Assembly (NCBI RefSeq): GCF_947568905.1
Contig: NC_079164.1
Span: 43,648,001 to 43,712,000, forward strand
DNA: 64,000 nt
Reading direction: 5' to 3'
Origin: Ostrea edulis
Lineage: Eukaryota
The position numbers and the translations under genes are program-made. The first letter of the stretch is position 1; the number at the start of each line of letters is the position of its first letter. Shown here one piece after another: positions 61,705 to 64,000 of this stretch. The notes under the pieces were generated by a model. The model made no database searches, had not been told where the DNA came from, and worked only from the letters and a program-made list of their open reading frames with translations.

Positions 61705-61969
61705 GTGCTGTAGGTAGTGAGTCTCCAATCCATATATTAGTACATTGTACCAAAGACAAATTTACCGACTTTTAAAATTTGGCGACCAACTTCGCACAAC
61801 CCTCCGTCGTTCAAAAAAGATGGGAGAGAAACAACGGGCAAAACGAGATCCAGATATTCTTTTATCTCCTCTGGTCCGACAGTGCGACGCGGAAAATGGA
61901 AAGCTGAGGGCATCATACAGCCTGGACTGGGTATCTAGCCAAATACCAGAGACGTTGAATCTGAAGATA

Positions 61970-63232
61970 AGCAAGATGTGTTTGTGAAACATTGATGCCG
62001 CCGAGTTAAAACATTATAGTGAATTTTGTACTAGCAGGTAAGAGGTCAATTACAAGGTCAACAAATTTTATACCAATGGAAAGGTATTCTCATAGGAAAT
62101 ACTTATGCTAAATTAAAATATAAAAGCAGTGCCTTACTGTTTAAAAGACATGATGGCTCATATTATAATTTTCTAAAAGGTCAAAGGTCACCAGGTTAAA
62201 GGTTTTGGTACTAATGGAAAGGTTTTGCCACAAGGAATACACATATCAAAGTTTTTCTTATTTTGTTAAAAAATTACCAAGGTTAAAGTTTTTGTTGTTG
62301 AAAATTTCTCAAAATTAGGTTAATAAACTTGGTATCTTTGGAAAGGTCTTCTCGGGAAAATGCACGTGCTTATCATAAAAACAGTACCTCTTACTAATGT
62401 TAAGCAACAATATCATACAAGATGTGTTCTTAAAACTCCAATGCCCTCAAAAGTGCATATACTGATAATATAATATGGGTATTAACATTAAAAGATATTA
62501 CTAATCTGGACACATCCTAGAGTCAAAAACCCTGAGTTGTGAAATCATTATCATAATTTTGACACCACCCTGAAACCAAACCCTTACCCCATGGATCATG
62601 CAATTTACAATTTTGGGAAAAGACTACCTACTCCTTACAAATATCCATTTAGTTTTAATTTGATATCAATAGCACTACAGAAGATGTTAATTAAATGTTT
62701 TACATATAAACACTATATACTAAGTTTGGCCTCGCCCTGGGGTTAAAACTCCTACCCCAGGGATCATGAACTTTACAATTTTGGTAGAAGCCTTCCTGCT
62801 CTACATCATTATGCATTAAGTTTTTCGTACACATGTGTGGTTCGAGAGAAGAATTTTGAAAATTGGTCAATTTTGGACAGTTTTTGCCCCGTCCCAAGGG
62901 TGCAGGAGTCCCGAAATTTACAATTTACGTCCCCTTTCTCCCAAGGATACTCCATACCAAATTAAAAAAGAATTGTAATAGTAGTTATCAAGAAGTTAAA
63001 AATGTTCAATTGTGACGGACGACGACTCAAGTGACTTAAAATATGGCCTATATTTTTGTTTTCTGAAAGAGACCAAAGGTCAATTGTAAGGTCACCAGTT
63101 CAAAGAGTTTGGTATGAATGGAAAGGTCTTGCCACAAGGAATGCCCATGCCAAATATGAAAGACAGACAGACGGACGAACGGGTCAAAAACTAGATGCCC
63201 CCGAATATTCGATTATGAGAGTATAAAAATGC
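61970..63232 (+). mobile_element. Two nested Helentron-like non-autonomous elements
   Basis: The CAAGATGTGTT start motif occurs at about 61971 and 62419. The inner end GACGGACGACGACTCAAGTGACTTAAAA is at about 63015-63045. The outer core (CAAAGGTCA..GGAAAGGTCTTGCCACAAGGAAT) resumes and ends in GACAGACGG..TAGATGCCCCCG. Confidence 0.55.
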
Positions 63233-63474
63233 TAAGCGCAGATTACTACAACTAAAGGAAATGCATACTGCCATGTAATGTAGTAAGATGATTATAAGTG
63301 CTCGTCTCTGGGTTGACGATACCGGAACAAGGAAGGGTAGGGCAAATGAGATGACTACAACGAAAATTAAACTGTAATTAACCTAATTCTTGTATTGGTA
63401 GTATTGTAGAAATGACGGCCTGTGTGATAAAGAACACCCATAATTATAATATAGTAAATTAATAGCAATCATTT

Positions 63475-63708
63475 TGATTAATTGATGTTTTCCGCCACAC
63501 TCAACATTTTTTTCAGTTACCTGGTGGCGCCCAGTTTTACTGGTGGAATAGAGAACCCAGATACAATGCACCTGGGAAGAGACCACCGATTTTCCGCAAG
63601 TAAACTTTATCACTTACCAGCGCGAGCGGTATACGAACCCGCGCCCACCAGAGGTGAGAGGCTGTGCGATTTTGAGCGCGATGCTCTAACCACTCGGCCA
63701 CGCAACTG
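63475..63708 (-). mobile_element. tRNA-headed SINE of a second family (V-domain-like)
   Basis: GTGGCCGAGTGGTTAGAGCA (A box) and GGGTTCGTATACC (B box), followed by TCGGTGGTCTCTTCCCAGGTG..TTCCACCAGTAAAACTG..CCACCAGGTAACTGAAA, resembling V-SINE bodies. Confidence 0.7.
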
Positions 63709-64000
63709 CTACGATTATTTTGTGTCAATAAAGGCTAATGCTCTATACTCCTTTACAGTGCGATCGTTTTCAATGATGTTGAAAGAACGTTAAAATAATT
63801 GTGTAGAGTTTTAACGATTCTTGAAGACAGTTGTTGGTTACCGATGAATTCGGCGAAGGTTTCTGACCAGACCACCATCAATATCTAACATGGAGTAATT
63901 AATCATTTAGCATTCATATGGGATCAATATTAACTTTTGATACCGCGACACAGGTTCCAATCAATAATGGAGGTAATCAACTTCTCTAAAAAAAAAAAAT

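Noticed and set aside
61400-61992. GC-richer stretch with overlapping ORFs and a GTGAGT donor near the (GA)n tract
   Set aside because: No recognisable domain and no phase-consistent exon chain. It could be a promoter or UTR exon of a gene outside the window, but this is unsupported.

Overview
AT-rich, intron-containing animal genomic DNA. The repeat families present suggest a bivalve, probably an oyster (inference). Four host genes can be assembled by hand from GT-AG splice sites. One is a small EGF/MEGF-like single-pass receptor with a tyrosine-motif tail (about 1.5-8.9 kb, +). The other three are GPR157-like (cAMP-receptor-like family) 7TM GPCR paralogs with an identical 3-exon plan, at 13.4-18.5 kb (-), 33.4-42.5 kb (+) and 54.8-56.5 kb (-). 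Between the first two GPCRs lies an apparently intact ISL2EU-type (PIF/Harbinger-related) DNA transposon with two convergent spliced ORFs: a THAP-HTH-DDE transposase and a 7-exon, 518-aa SAP-SWIM-YqaJ nuclease protein that the ORF track shows only in fragments. The rest is a dense mobilome. It holds a decayed Merlin/IS1595-like element, about a dozen Penelope-like (Naiad-type) retroelement fragments, tRNA-headed SINEs, and a sister SINE whose head partly folds like an HDV-type ribozyme. It also holds Helentron-like non-autonomous elements with internal tandem arrays and many MITEs/foldbacks with identifiable TSDs, including 3- and 4-level nested insertions. No CRISPR array, rRNA gene or authentic tRNA gene was found. 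All family assignments rest on motif recognition, not database searches.
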